From positions 1 to 47,254 of the forward strand of contig CANQKP010000001.1 of assembly GCA_947624495.1 (NCBI GenBank): a DNA stretch of 47,254 nt. Direction: 5' to 3'. Numbering within the stretch: position 1 is the stretch's first letter; every line of letters begins with the position of its first letter. Positions 34,847-42,966 of this stretch are shown piece by piece. This DNA comes from an uncultured Monoglobus sp. (GTDB lineage: Bacteria > Bacillota > Clostridia > Monoglobales > Monoglobaceae). Both the position numbers and the translations under genes were made by a program. Below the pieces are notes generated by a model that saw only the letters and a list, made by a program, of their open reading frames with translations, made no database searches and was not told the DNA's origin.

Positions 34847-37045
34847 TTAGCTCTTTTGATTTTGTATGTTATTGTAAAGCCTTTCGATCAAGGCGTTGTA
34901 TCTGCTCCTGAAAAATCCGGGCTTCTGAGCGGGGATTTGAGGCTCCGCCGGCTCCGGTTCGGCTTTCGGCTTCGGCGCGGGCTTGGGCGCGTCGCGCAAA
35001 GCCTTAGCCGCCTTCTTCGCCTCGTTCATAAGCACTTCCTGAGCGTTGACCGAACTCAGCGTATTTTCCTTCATGGAATATTTCCCGTCGCTGCCGAGCA
35101 CTCTCGCCTGGAGCGTATCGCTCAAACATATTTTTATATAGCGGTGGATTGCATCCTTCACATCCTGAGAGTATATCGGGCATCCGACCTCAACACGGTT
35201 ATCCATATTCCTTGTCATAATATCAGCCGAGGCGATGAACAGCTTTTCATCCTCGCCTCTGCCAAAGCTGTAGATCCTTGAATGTTCCAAAAATCTGCCC
35301 ACAATGCTGTATACCCTGATATTTTCGGTCACGCCGGGTATCTGCGGCAGCAGGCAGCAAATTCCGCGGACGAGCATGGTTATATTAACACCCGCGACGC
35401 TTGCGTCACGCAGCTTTTTGATTATGTCCTTGTCGGTCACCGAATTGACTTTCATAAATATCTCGCCGTCGCTGCCCTTTTTGATCTCATCATCAATATA
35501 TCCGATGATTTTGTCCTTCATGGAATTAGGCGCCACCCATAGGTGCTTATACTCGCCGTCAAGGTTTGATATCGATATATTGCTGAAAAACGCGGCTGCG
35601 TCCTCGCCTATCTCGCGGTTTTGGGTGATAAGCGAAAAATCGGTGTACTGCTTGGCAGTCTTTTCGTTATAGTTTCCGGTACCGATCTGGGTGATGTATC
35701 TGGTCTCGCCGCCGGAATTTTTGGTAATAAGGCAGACCTTGGAATGTACCTTGTAATTTTCAAGCCCGTAGACTATCGTGCAGCCCGCCTGCTCAAGGCG
35801 TTCCGACCAGTCGATATTGTTCTGCTCGTCGAACCTTGCGCGCAGCTCGATAAGCACAAGAACGTCCTTGCCGTTCTCCGCCGCGGCGCAGAGATGCTCG
35901 ATTATCTTGGCGTTTTTCGCCAAGCGGTATATCGTTATCTTTATCGAAACGACCTCCGGATCGTAAGCCGCTCGCTTCAGCATATTAAGGAACGGCTCCA
36001 TGCTCTCGTATGGATATGACAGCAGCACATCCTCGTCATTATCGCCTGTCATAATATCGCCGCGCGTCAGCTGCGGCTCAAAAGCGGGATAGCACAGATT
36101 TTTGGTCTGCTGCTCCGAAAAGCGCGGCTGAAGGTCGAACACATATCCGAGGCTTATGGGCGATTTTGTGACAAAGATCTGGTTGTTGTTTATGTCAAGC
36201 TTGCCGCACAGCAGCTTTTTAGTATAATCATCCAGTTCGTCGGCGGTCTCAAGCCTTACGACCGCCAGCCTTCTGCGCTTTTTGAGCAGCTTTTTCATCT
36301 TGCTGCGGAAGTCCTCGTTGATCTCATACGCCTCATCGTTGGGGTTTATGTCCGCGTTTCGGGTGGCGCAGATTATATTCTTTTTTGTGACAGTGTACTT
36401 GTCAAAAAGCGCGTCAAAGTACATATATATAATATCCTCAATGTGGATATATCGTATTTTGTTCCCCGGCATAAAAAGCACCGGAGGCAGCGTTCCCGGA
36501 ACCGCGACAAACCCTATGCCCTGAGTTTTTTTGCGCTGGATCTTCGCGATTATGCAGATCTGCTTCGACGCTATAAACGGGAACGGATGATGCTCGTCAA
36601 GCAGCTGGGGCGAAAGTATAGGCTCCACGTAGTTGTTAAAGTAGTCGCGCACATACTTGACCTCGTCAGCGGTAAGATCATCGGGGCGCAGGTGGGTTAT
36701 ATCATGTTTTTTGAGCTTGCGGCTCACCGACTCATAGATCTCATCCTTCATTCTGTAAAGCGGGGCAACCGCTTCATAGATCTTAACAAGCTGTTCCTTG
36801 GGCGTCATGCCGGTCTTGGTATCTATAGCCTTTTTGTCCGCTATAGACAAGTCAAACAGGCTGCCCACGCGCACCATGAAGAACTCGTCAAGATTGCTGA
36901 CGAATATCGAGATGAACTTCAGTTTTTCGTAAAGCGGGGTGCTTTTGCTGACCGCCTCCTGAAGTACACGCTCGTTAAACCTGAGCCACGACAGCTCTCG
37001 GTTCTGCATATACTTATATTTTGAACTTGAAGAATTTTCGCCCAT
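34847..37045 (-). CDS. ppk1: Polyphosphate kinase 1
   Basis: NRELSWLRFNERVL, NLDEFFMVRV, ELRARFDE, KVHSK, GRFLEHSR. Confidence 0.97.
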   Translation of the reverse strand: MGENSSSSKYKYMQNRELSWLRFNERVLQEAVSKSTPLYEKLKFISIFVSNLDEFFMVRVGSLFDLSIADKKAIDTKTGMTPKEQLVKIYEAVAPLYRMKDEIYESVSRKLKKHDITHLRPDDLTADEVKYVRDYFNNYVEPILSPQLLDEHHPFPFIASKQICIIAKIQRKKTQGIGFVAVPGTLPPVLFMPGNKIRYIHIEDIIYMYFDALFDKYTVTKKNIICATRNADINPNDEAYEINEDFRSKMKKLLKKRRRLAVVRLETADELDDYTKKLLCGKLDINNNQIFVTKSPISLGYVFDLQPRFSEQQTKNLCYPAFEPQLTRGDIMTGDNDEDVLLSYPYESMEPFLNMLKRAAYDPEVVSIKITIYRLAKNAKIIEHLCAAAENGKDVLVLIELRARFDEQNNIDWSERLEQAGCTIVYGLENYKVHSKVCLITKNSGGETRYITQIGTGNYNEKTAKQYTDFSLITQNREIGEDAAAFFSNISISNLDGEYKHLWVAPNSMKDKIIGYIDDEIKKGSDGEIFMKVNSVTDKDIIKKLRDASVAGVNITMLVRGICCLLPQIPGVTENIRVYSIVGRFLEHSRIYSFGRGEDEKLFIASADIMTRNMDNRVEVGCPIYSQDVKDAIHRYIKICLSDTLQARVLGSDGKYSMKENTLSSVNAQEVLMNEAKKAAKALRDAPKPAPKPKAEPEPAEPQIPAQKPGFFRSRYNALIERLYNNIQNQKS

Positions 37046-37151
37046 TTATATCACTCCTCAAATGCGCATACCTTTTCAAATATATTATACCGCGAAACAG
37101 CCCCGATTGTAAAGTAAAATATAGATAAAATTTTATAAATTTAGGTTTTTG

Positions 37152-37180
37152 TTGCAAAATCGGGTATAGGTGTATATAAT
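37152..37180 (+). promoter_or_regulatory. SigA promoter of the patatin gene, divergent from a ppk1 promoter at 37084-37113
   Basis: TTGCAA-17-TATAAT on plus; TTTACA-18-TATAAT on minus. Confidence 0.65.
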
Positions 37181-37198
37181 GAACGTGAGGTGATTATT

Positions 37199-38248
37199 AT
37201 GAAAAATATAGGCTTGGTCCTGCAGGGCGGCGGCGCGAGAGGTGCGTATCAGGTGGGAGTCTGGCGCGCCCTTAACGAATTCTGCGTGACTCCGCACATA
37301 AACGGAGTGTCCGGCGCGTCGGTGGGGTCGCTGAACGGCGCTATCTTCGCGACCGGCGATTTTGAAGCCGCCCGAAATATCTGGGAAAACATTTCACCCG
37401 AACAGGTGTTTAAGAAAAACTCACGGCTTATCGGGAGCATAATTAATGTTCTTGACAAAATCCAGGATGTTACGAAGGACTCCGAGGAAGGCGCGGAAGG
37501 CGGCGCACCGCTGTATTTGCTGCCTATAGCGGCGTCGCTGATCGGCAGTCTGAGCGCGCCCGATCAAAATTCCGAAGCAAACGGTCTGCATGACCTGATT
37601 CTTAACAGTCTGGATTTTGACGCGCTGCGCAGGTTCCCCGGCAGCGTGTACGCCACGTGCACGCCTCTTGACGTCGCCGAATATCTGAAAACCGGTCCCA
37701 TTGCGTTTGACCTTACAAAGAAAAACAACTCGGAGATACTTAACATACTTATGGCAAGCTCGGCAATACCGTTTTTGTTTGACAACGTTAATATAGACGG
37801 AAAGCGGTACATAGACGGCGGCATAAAATTCTTGGGCGACAACGTTCCGATAGCGCCGCTTTACGATGAGGGATTTAGAAAGTTCATCGTTGTTTATATA
37901 TCGCTCGGCAAAGACGGGAACGTCCGTGAATTTGCCGACGCCGAAAAATTCCCCGGCGCCGAGATCGTCAACATTATGCCCGGAAAGATCTCGGCTCGGC
38001 TCCTGGATAATCCCGCGTCTTTGGTCCTGTTTGAAAAGGACTACGCCAAAGCGCTCATAGAGTGCGGGTACTGCGACGCGGTCGAGAGGCTGTCGCCGAT
38101 GTGCGAGCAAGGCTACGCCGCTCCGGAATATATGTCTGTTTTCAAGGAGTGCAGGGCGGACAGCGGCAAATTCTTCAGGAAGCGCATAACCGCCGCGCTG
38201 CCGCCCAAAGCTTCAAAAACCGTGCTGGAATTTATACAAAAACAGTAA
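37199..38248 (+). CDS. Patatin-like phospholipase
   Basis: GGGARG oxyanion loop, GASVG nucleophile elbow, ASSAIP, DGG; GAGGTG RBS. Confidence 0.9.
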   Translation: MKNIGLVLQGGGARGAYQVGVWRALNEFCVTPHINGVSGASVGSLNGAIFATGDFEAARNIWENISPEQVFKKNSRLIGSIINVLDKIQDVTKDSEEGAEGGAPLYLLPIAASLIGSLSAPDQNSEANGLHDLILNSLDFDALRRFPGSVYATCTPLDVAEYLKTGPIAFDLTKKNNSEILNILMASSAIPFLFDNVNIDGKRYIDGGIKFLGDNVPIAPLYDEGFRKFIVVYISLGKDGNVREFADAEKFPGAEIVNIMPGKISARLLDNPASLVLFEKDYAKALIECGYCDAVERLSPMCEQGYAAPEYMSVFKECRADSGKFFRKRITAALPPKASKTVLEFIQKQ

Positions 38249-38267
38249 ACAATCATACGCTTTAAAC

Positions 38268-38310
38268 CGCATAAAAATAAGACCGTTTGGGGGAACGGTC
38301 TTATTAAATT
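38268..38310. repeat. 43 bp perfect direct repeat, copy 1 (contains a terminator hairpin)
   Basis: CGCATAAAAATAAGACCGTTTGGGGGAACGGTCTTATTAAATT, identical to 41825-41867. Confidence 0.95.
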
Positions 38311-38316
38311 TTTAAA

Positions 38317-38706
38317 TTACATTGAAATACGCAGTTTTTCGATCAGAGCTTCCTGCAAAACAGCCGAAAAGTTAATGTTATTCTTTTCAGCCTCAAAATT
38401 AAGCCAACTTGGAATTGTGCAGTTTTTTCTGACGCTCCTCATTTCATTTTTTCTTCTGTATTCGTCAAAGTCAATATCAACAAGCGTTACCATTCCGTTA
38501 TCGGAATGTACGTCTTCGATCGCTGTTGCTTTAGGTAATTCCTTACCGTCGTCCTGCATATCAATTCCAAGTATTCCAATCAAATCACGCGCCATTTCCA
38601 TAGCCTCGGCGACTGTTTTTCCCTGCGTATTTGCATCAAAATCGGGGACATACACAACAATATATTCTTTTCCCTTTGACAAAATAATAGGATATGCTTC
38701 CTTCAT
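38317..38706 (-). CDS. hicB: HicB family antitoxin
   Basis: YPIIL...VYVPDF...TQG.T..EAMEMARD; C-terminal RKNCTIPSWL...NFSAVLQEAL. Confidence 0.92.
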   Translation of the reverse strand: MKEAYPIILSKGKEYIVVYVPDFDANTQGKTVAEAMEMARDLIGILGIDMQDDGKELPKATAIEDVHSDNGMVTLVDIDFDEYRRKNEMRSVRKNCTIPSWLNFEAEKNNINFSAVLQEALIEKLRISM

Positions 38707-38742
38707 AAAAATACCTCCTGATATTATTTACCGGCAGCTGGG

Positions 38743-38916
38743 TCATTTCAATCCCCGCCGCCGAATTATTATCCTTGCAAGCTCTTCGTCAGTTTCTTTA
38801 TGCCGCACAACAGCCTCGGTTTCCCCATCTTTTTCATAAACATCATGATTTCCGCCATGCCGCTTAAATTTCCAACCGTTTTTTTCCAAAAGTTTTATAA
38901 GATCTCTCGTCTTCAT
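38743..38916 (-). CDS. hicA: HicA family toxin
   Basis: MKTRDLIKLLEKNGWKFKRHGGNHDVY...RHKE; AAGGAGG RBS. Confidence 0.92.
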   Translation of the reverse strand: MKTRDLIKLLEKNGWKFKRHGGNHDVYEKDGETEAVVRHKETDEELARIIIRRRGLK

Positions 38917-38935
38917 TTTTGCCTCCTTACAAAAT

Positions 38936-38964
38936 ATTATACGCATTTTATGCGTGTTTGTCAA
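38936..38964 (-). promoter_or_regulatory. hicAB promoter with a palindromic operator
   Basis: TTGACA-17-TATAAT; ACGCAT-TTT-ATGCGT at 38941-38955 in the spacer. Confidence 0.8.
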
Positions 38965-38976
38965 GAGGTTATAATA

Positions 38977-39291
38977 TTATGTCTTATTTCTGTACGCTAA
39001 AAATTCGGCGTATGATTTTAGGGTCTCTTTATCTTCAATCGAGAGACCCGCAGGCAGCTTTAAATAATCCGCATCGGGGTCGAATGTCCCGGTGTACGGC
39101 GTGAGACCGAGCAAATAGTCGACCGACACACCGAAATACACAGCCGCCGCGGCTTTTATCACATCGGGCGGCTCGCTCTTGTCCCGCTCGTAAGATGAGA
39201 TCGAATGTTTGTTTATCCTGAGAATTTCCGCCAGCTGATCCTGCGTCAGCCCCGCGTCCTTCCGAAGCTCCGAAAGTCTCTCGCCTATCAT
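38977..39291 (-). CDS. XRE/Cro-C1 family HTH regulator
   Basis: GERLSELRKDAGLTQDQLA...ISSYERDKSEP...FGVSVDYLLG. Confidence 0.92.
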   Translation of the reverse strand: MIGERLSELRKDAGLTQDQLAEILRINKHSISSYERDKSEPPDVIKAAAAVYFGVSVDYLLGLTPYTGTFDPDADYLKLPAGLSIEDKETLKSYAEFLAYRNKT

Positions 39292-39479
39292 ATCATCACA
39301 CTCCCGATATTATTATGAGATAATTATAGAATATAAATCTATTTTTTAATAAATTATTGACAAATTAGTCATTTTACTGTAATATAGTAGAATAATATTC
39401 GATTTACCACTTGATATTACGATTATTATTCAACAAAAATATTATTTACAATATCAAGCAGTTGTGGTATAATAAACTC

Positions 39480-39651
39480 ACCACACAAATTGAATAATAT
39501 TTAACTAACCGAAAGTGCGTATTTTTGTCTTTCCAGATAAAAATGCGGCTCTGTTTTCGCGTACTTGAGGTTAGTTAAGCGAAATCAATTTGTGTGGTAG
39601 CAATCGGAGTTGAGCATTTTTTGTGCGGCGCTCCATTGCGCCGCACTTTTT
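39480..39651 (+). ncRNA. Structured leader/attenuator RNA, copy 2
   Basis: Promoter TTTACA-17-TATAAT at 39445-39473; stem CCACACAAATTGA/TCAATTTGTGTGG; inner stems; terminator GTGCGGCGC/GCGCCGCAC plus T run at 39623-39651. Confidence 0.6.
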
Positions 39652-39694
39652 AATTGAAAAAAATAAAAAATATAATAATTTGGAGGTATTTACA

Positions 39695-41773
39695 TTGAGA
39701 AGGATCTTATGTTTAAACCTGGTATTAACGATAATTTGTTCGGTTATCTTTATTCCGACCGCTGCAAATGCCGCAGAAACCGACGTTCTGAGTTATGAGA
39801 ATTACGGTGATCATATTGAGATAACCGACTGTGACAGTTCCGCAACATATGTTGAAATTCCCGCCGAAATAGACGGTCTTCCGGTAACAAGCATTGGCGA
39901 TAGAGCGTTTTACAATTGCGAAAACTTAACAAGCATAGACATACCAAACAGCGTGACAAGTATTGGCGAGAGTGCATTTTACTATTGCCGCAGCTTAACA
40001 AGCATAGACATACCAAACAGCGTGACAAGCATTGGCGATGGGGCGTTTTCTTATTGCGACAGCTTAACAAGCATAGACATACCAAGCAGCGTGGCAAGCA
40101 TTGGTGAGATGGCATTTTTCGGGTGCGGCAAACTTAATATAACTGTTTCGCCGCAGAATAATTATTATTCCTCGATTGACGGAGTGCTGTTTAACAAAGA
40201 TAAAACGGAGATAATACAATATGCTAAGGATATTATTCAACCGGAATATATAATTCCAAGCAGTGTGACAAGCATTGACGATGCTGCATTTTCCCATTGC
40301 TACGGATTAACAAGCATAACAATATCGGACAGTGTGACAAGCATTGGGAGTTCGGCGTTTTACTATTGCTACGGATTAACAAGCATAACAATACCGGGCA
40401 GTGTGACAAGTATTGGCGATGGGGCATTTAATAGTTGCTTCAGCTTAACAAGCATAGAAATACCATACGGCGTGACAAGCATTGGTGATTCAGCATTTTA
40501 CGGTTGCGGAAGCTTAACAAACATAACAATACCAAGCAGTGTGACAAGTATTGGCAATGGGGCATTTGCCGAGTGCAAAAGATTAACAAGCATAGACATA
40601 CCATACGGCGTGACAAGCATTGGCGATCAGGCATTTGCCGGTTGCGAAAACTTAACAAGCATAGACATACCATACGGCGTGACAAGCATTGGTGAGATGA
40701 CATTTTCCGGGTGCGGAAGCTTAACAAGCATAGACATACCAAACAGCGTGACAAGTATTGGCAATAGGGCATTTTCCGGGTGCGGCAAACTTAATATAAC
40801 TGTATCGCCGCAGAATAATTATTATTCCTCGATTGACGGAGTGCTGTTTAACAAAGATAAAACGGAGATAATACAATACGCTAAGGATATTATTCAGCAG
40901 GAATATGTGATTCCAAGCAGTGTGACAAGCATTGGCGAGAGGGCGTTTTACTATTGCGACAGCTTAACAAGCATAGACATACCATACGGCGTGACAAGCA
41001 TTGGCAATGCGGCATTTTCCGATTGCTCGAACTTAGCAAGCATTAATATACCATACGGCGTGACAAGCATTGGCGAGAGGGCGTTTTACTATTGCCGTAG
41101 CTTAACAAGTATTAACATACCAAACAGCGTGACAAGCATTGGCGATGGGGCGTTTTACTATTGCCGTAGCTTAACAAGCATAGACATACCATACGGCGTG
41201 ACAAGCATTGGTGATTCAGCATTTTCCGTTTGCGACAGCTTAACAAGCATAACAATACCGGGCAGTGTGACAAGTATTGGCAATGGGGCATTTGATAGTT
41301 GCTTTAACTTAACAAGCATAAACATACCATACAGCGTGACAAGCATTGGCAATGCGGCATTTGCCTTTTGCAAAAGATTAACTGACGTATATTATTTCGG
41401 CAGTGAGAAGCAATGGAACAGCATTGTTATAGAAAGCTTCAATGAATACTTGACCGGAGCAGCTATCCACTTTAGTTATAATATGCCGGTGAGTGAAACG
41501 GCTGTTCAAAATGATATAATTACCGTAAGCACAAATCTTGAGAACTTGGTTGAGCCGGAGGACAGGCAAAAGTCCGAAGTGTATGTGGTTTTATACGACG
41601 AAAACGGCGCGGTTATAGATGCATATTCGGCGGTTTATGACGGAGCGAATATAGAAGGCACGCTTAAAAACGATGCAAAAGCCGACCACATAAAAGTGTT
41701 CGTATGGAACAAAGACGGAAGTCTTGCTCCCATAGCCGGTGCCGCAGAATATATAAATCTTGACAAAAATTAA
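39695..41773 (+). CDS. Secreted BspA/TpLRR-type leucine-rich repeat surface protein
   Basis: GGAGG RBS plus TTG; signal peptide; about 19 23-aa repeats CxxLTSIxIPxxVTSIGxxAF. Confidence 0.92.
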   Translation: MRRILCLNLVLTIICSVIFIPTAANAAETDVLSYENYGDHIEITDCDSSATYVEIPAEIDGLPVTSIGDRAFYNCENLTSIDIPNSVTSIGESAFYYCRSLTSIDIPNSVTSIGDGAFSYCDSLTSIDIPSSVASIGEMAFFGCGKLNITVSPQNNYYSSIDGVLFNKDKTEIIQYAKDIIQPEYIIPSSVTSIDDAAFSHCYGLTSITISDSVTSIGSSAFYYCYGLTSITIPGSVTSIGDGAFNSCFSLTSIEIPYGVTSIGDSAFYGCGSLTNITIPSSVTSIGNGAFAECKRLTSIDIPYGVTSIGDQAFAGCENLTSIDIPYGVTSIGEMTFSGCGSLTSIDIPNSVTSIGNRAFSGCGKLNITVSPQNNYYSSIDGVLFNKDKTEIIQYAKDIIQQEYVIPSSVTSIGERAFYYCDSLTSIDIPYGVTSIGNAAFSDCSNLASINIPYGVTSIGERAFYYCRSLTSINIPNSVTSIGDGAFYYCRSLTSIDIPYGVTSIGDSAFSVCDSLTSITIPGSVTSIGNGAFDSCFNLTSINIPYSVTSIGNAAFAFCKRLTDVYYFGSEKQWNSIVIESFNEYLTGAAIHFSYNMPVSETAVQNDIITVSTNLENLVEPEDRQKSEVYVVLYDENGAVIDAYSAVYDGANIEGTLKNDAKADHIKVFVWNKDGSLAPIAGAAEYINLDKN
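39880..41380 (+). repeat. 69 bp tandem repeat array with a ~158 bp block duplicated 657 bp apart
   Basis: Units such as TTAACAAGCATAGACATACCA...GTGACAAGCATTGG; block 40120-40277 nearly identical to 40777-40934. Confidence 0.9.
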
Positions 41774-41793
41774 TTCTTCCCAATTAATATCCC

Positions 41794-41823
41794 GTCCCCA
41801 TTTTTTAATGGGGACATTTTTTT
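41794..41823 (+). terminator. Terminator of the LRR gene
   Basis: GTCCCCATT-TTTT-AATGGGGAC followed by a T run. Confidence 0.8.
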
Positions 41824-41824
41824 G

Positions 41825-41867
41825 CGCATAAAAATAAGACCGTTTGGGGGAACGGTCTTATTAAATT
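41825..41867. repeat. 43 bp perfect direct repeat, copy 2
   Basis: Identical to 38268-38310. Confidence 0.95.
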
Positions 41868-41915
41868 AAAAGGGAGGGAGTTATGTTTAAACTCTGTAAC
41901 AATTCCTTGTTACGC
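41828..41915 (-). ncRNA. Candidate ~90 nt sRNA with an anti-Shine-Dalgarno tract
   Basis: TGgTATAAT at 41921-41929; 5' hairpin GTAACAA-GGAA-TTGTTAC; unpaired CATAACTCCCTCCC; terminator hairpin with C-rich loop and T run. Confidence 0.55.
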
Positions 41916-42022
41916 TTATTATTATACCACTTTTATAAAGCGGTGGGTGAATAATCTGTAAAGAAAAAATTAATTATTTATGAATTAATCCGATTAAATT
42001 GTCGGGTTTTGACGCATAAATA

Positions 42023-42838
42023 TTAATTTGCTGCTCCCTTTTCGATAGTAATTACGCTGATGTTTCCGGTTTCGGGCGAAAAGATGAACATCTGCGTTAC
42101 CAGATTTGCCGGGTCGACCTGCGGCGCGCCGTCGCCCACAAGACTGCTGCCCACGTAATCAAAATCGTCACCGTTTTGGGTATAGTATCTCAGCGCGCGG
42201 GTCACGGAAGCGTCAACTCCTGTGTTTCCTTCGGCGGACTTTTGGGCGTCGTTGTAATCATCGCCGTAGACCGACACAAACTCGTCCATTGTCGAACCGA
42301 GCTTTATGCCGCGCGGCGTTACAAATCTTTCGGGATCATCGGAACCCTCCATGTTGCCGCTCGCCGCCACGATACGGCTCGCGTTCATGTCTTGGTCATA
42401 CTGGATCGCAATTCCGCTGTAGAACCTGTTGCGCTGAGAATCTATTGTCTTGGGCGGTCCGATAAGGCTTTCGATCTCGTCAATGCTCATGCCTATTCTG
42501 ATAAGAGCGCCGCTCATGGTATCAACAAATCCCAGGTCCTCGTCGTCAAGCTCGTAACGGTCGTCACCCTCTCTGACATCGACAGACACGTCAACGCCGC
42601 CGTCCCCGCGGGCTGTTATATTATCGCCCTCGGCACGGAACTCGTCCGGGACCGTCTCCGCCGCGAACGGAGTCGCCGCTGTGCCGACTGTCTCGCTGTG
42701 TTCCTCATCCTTCTTGCTGATGCCGCTGTTTTCCGCAAGCCCGCCGGAGTCGGTTGCCTTTTTGCCGCAGCCGGCAAATATTCCAGCCGCCAGAAGCGCG
42801 CTCAGCGCCAAACACATTAACTTCTTTGATTTGATCAT
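42023..42838 (-). CDS. Hypothetical lipoprotein
   Basis: Lipobox FAGC; acidic linker; IRIGMSIDEIESLIG and TPRGIKLGST...YG repeat-like motifs. Confidence 0.75.
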   Translation of the reverse strand: MIKSKKLMCLALSALLAAGIFAGCGKKATDSGGLAENSGISKKDEEHSETVGTAATPFAAETVPDEFRAEGDNITARGDGGVDVSVDVREGDDRYELDDEDLGFVDTMSGALIRIGMSIDEIESLIGPPKTIDSQRNRFYSGIAIQYDQDMNASRIVAASGNMEGSDDPERFVTPRGIKLGSTMDEFVSVYGDDYNDAQKSAEGNTGVDASVTRALRYYTQNGDDFDYVGSSLVGDGAPQVDPANLVTQMFIFSPETGNISVITIEKGAAN

Positions 42839-42966
42839 TTCAATCTCTCCTTTGTGCGTGTTTATATAGTCGTAATTTTCTGAATGTATTATACAGTATT
42901 TTCTGTTTAAAGTTATGTCTTTATTTTAAACAAAATATAAATTTTTGATTACTGAGAGTACTAAGT

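Larger units (their letters stand above)
38268..41867. mobile_element. Putative 3.6 kb integrase-less islet (hicAB, XRE regulator, LRR surface protein)
   Basis: Flanked by 43 bp direct repeats, visibly more AT-rich than the flanks, TA cargo. Confidence 0.6.

Noticed and set aside
37199-38248. Patatin as a CBASS or other defence effector
   Set aside because: No cyclase or other defence genes are adjacent; it lies outside the direct repeats and has its own promoter.
39880-41380. CRISPR array or DGR template/variable repeat
   Set aside because: The repeats are in-frame 69 bp coding units with no unique spacers. No cas or reverse transcriptase gene is present, and the differences between the duplicated blocks are few and not restricted to adenines.
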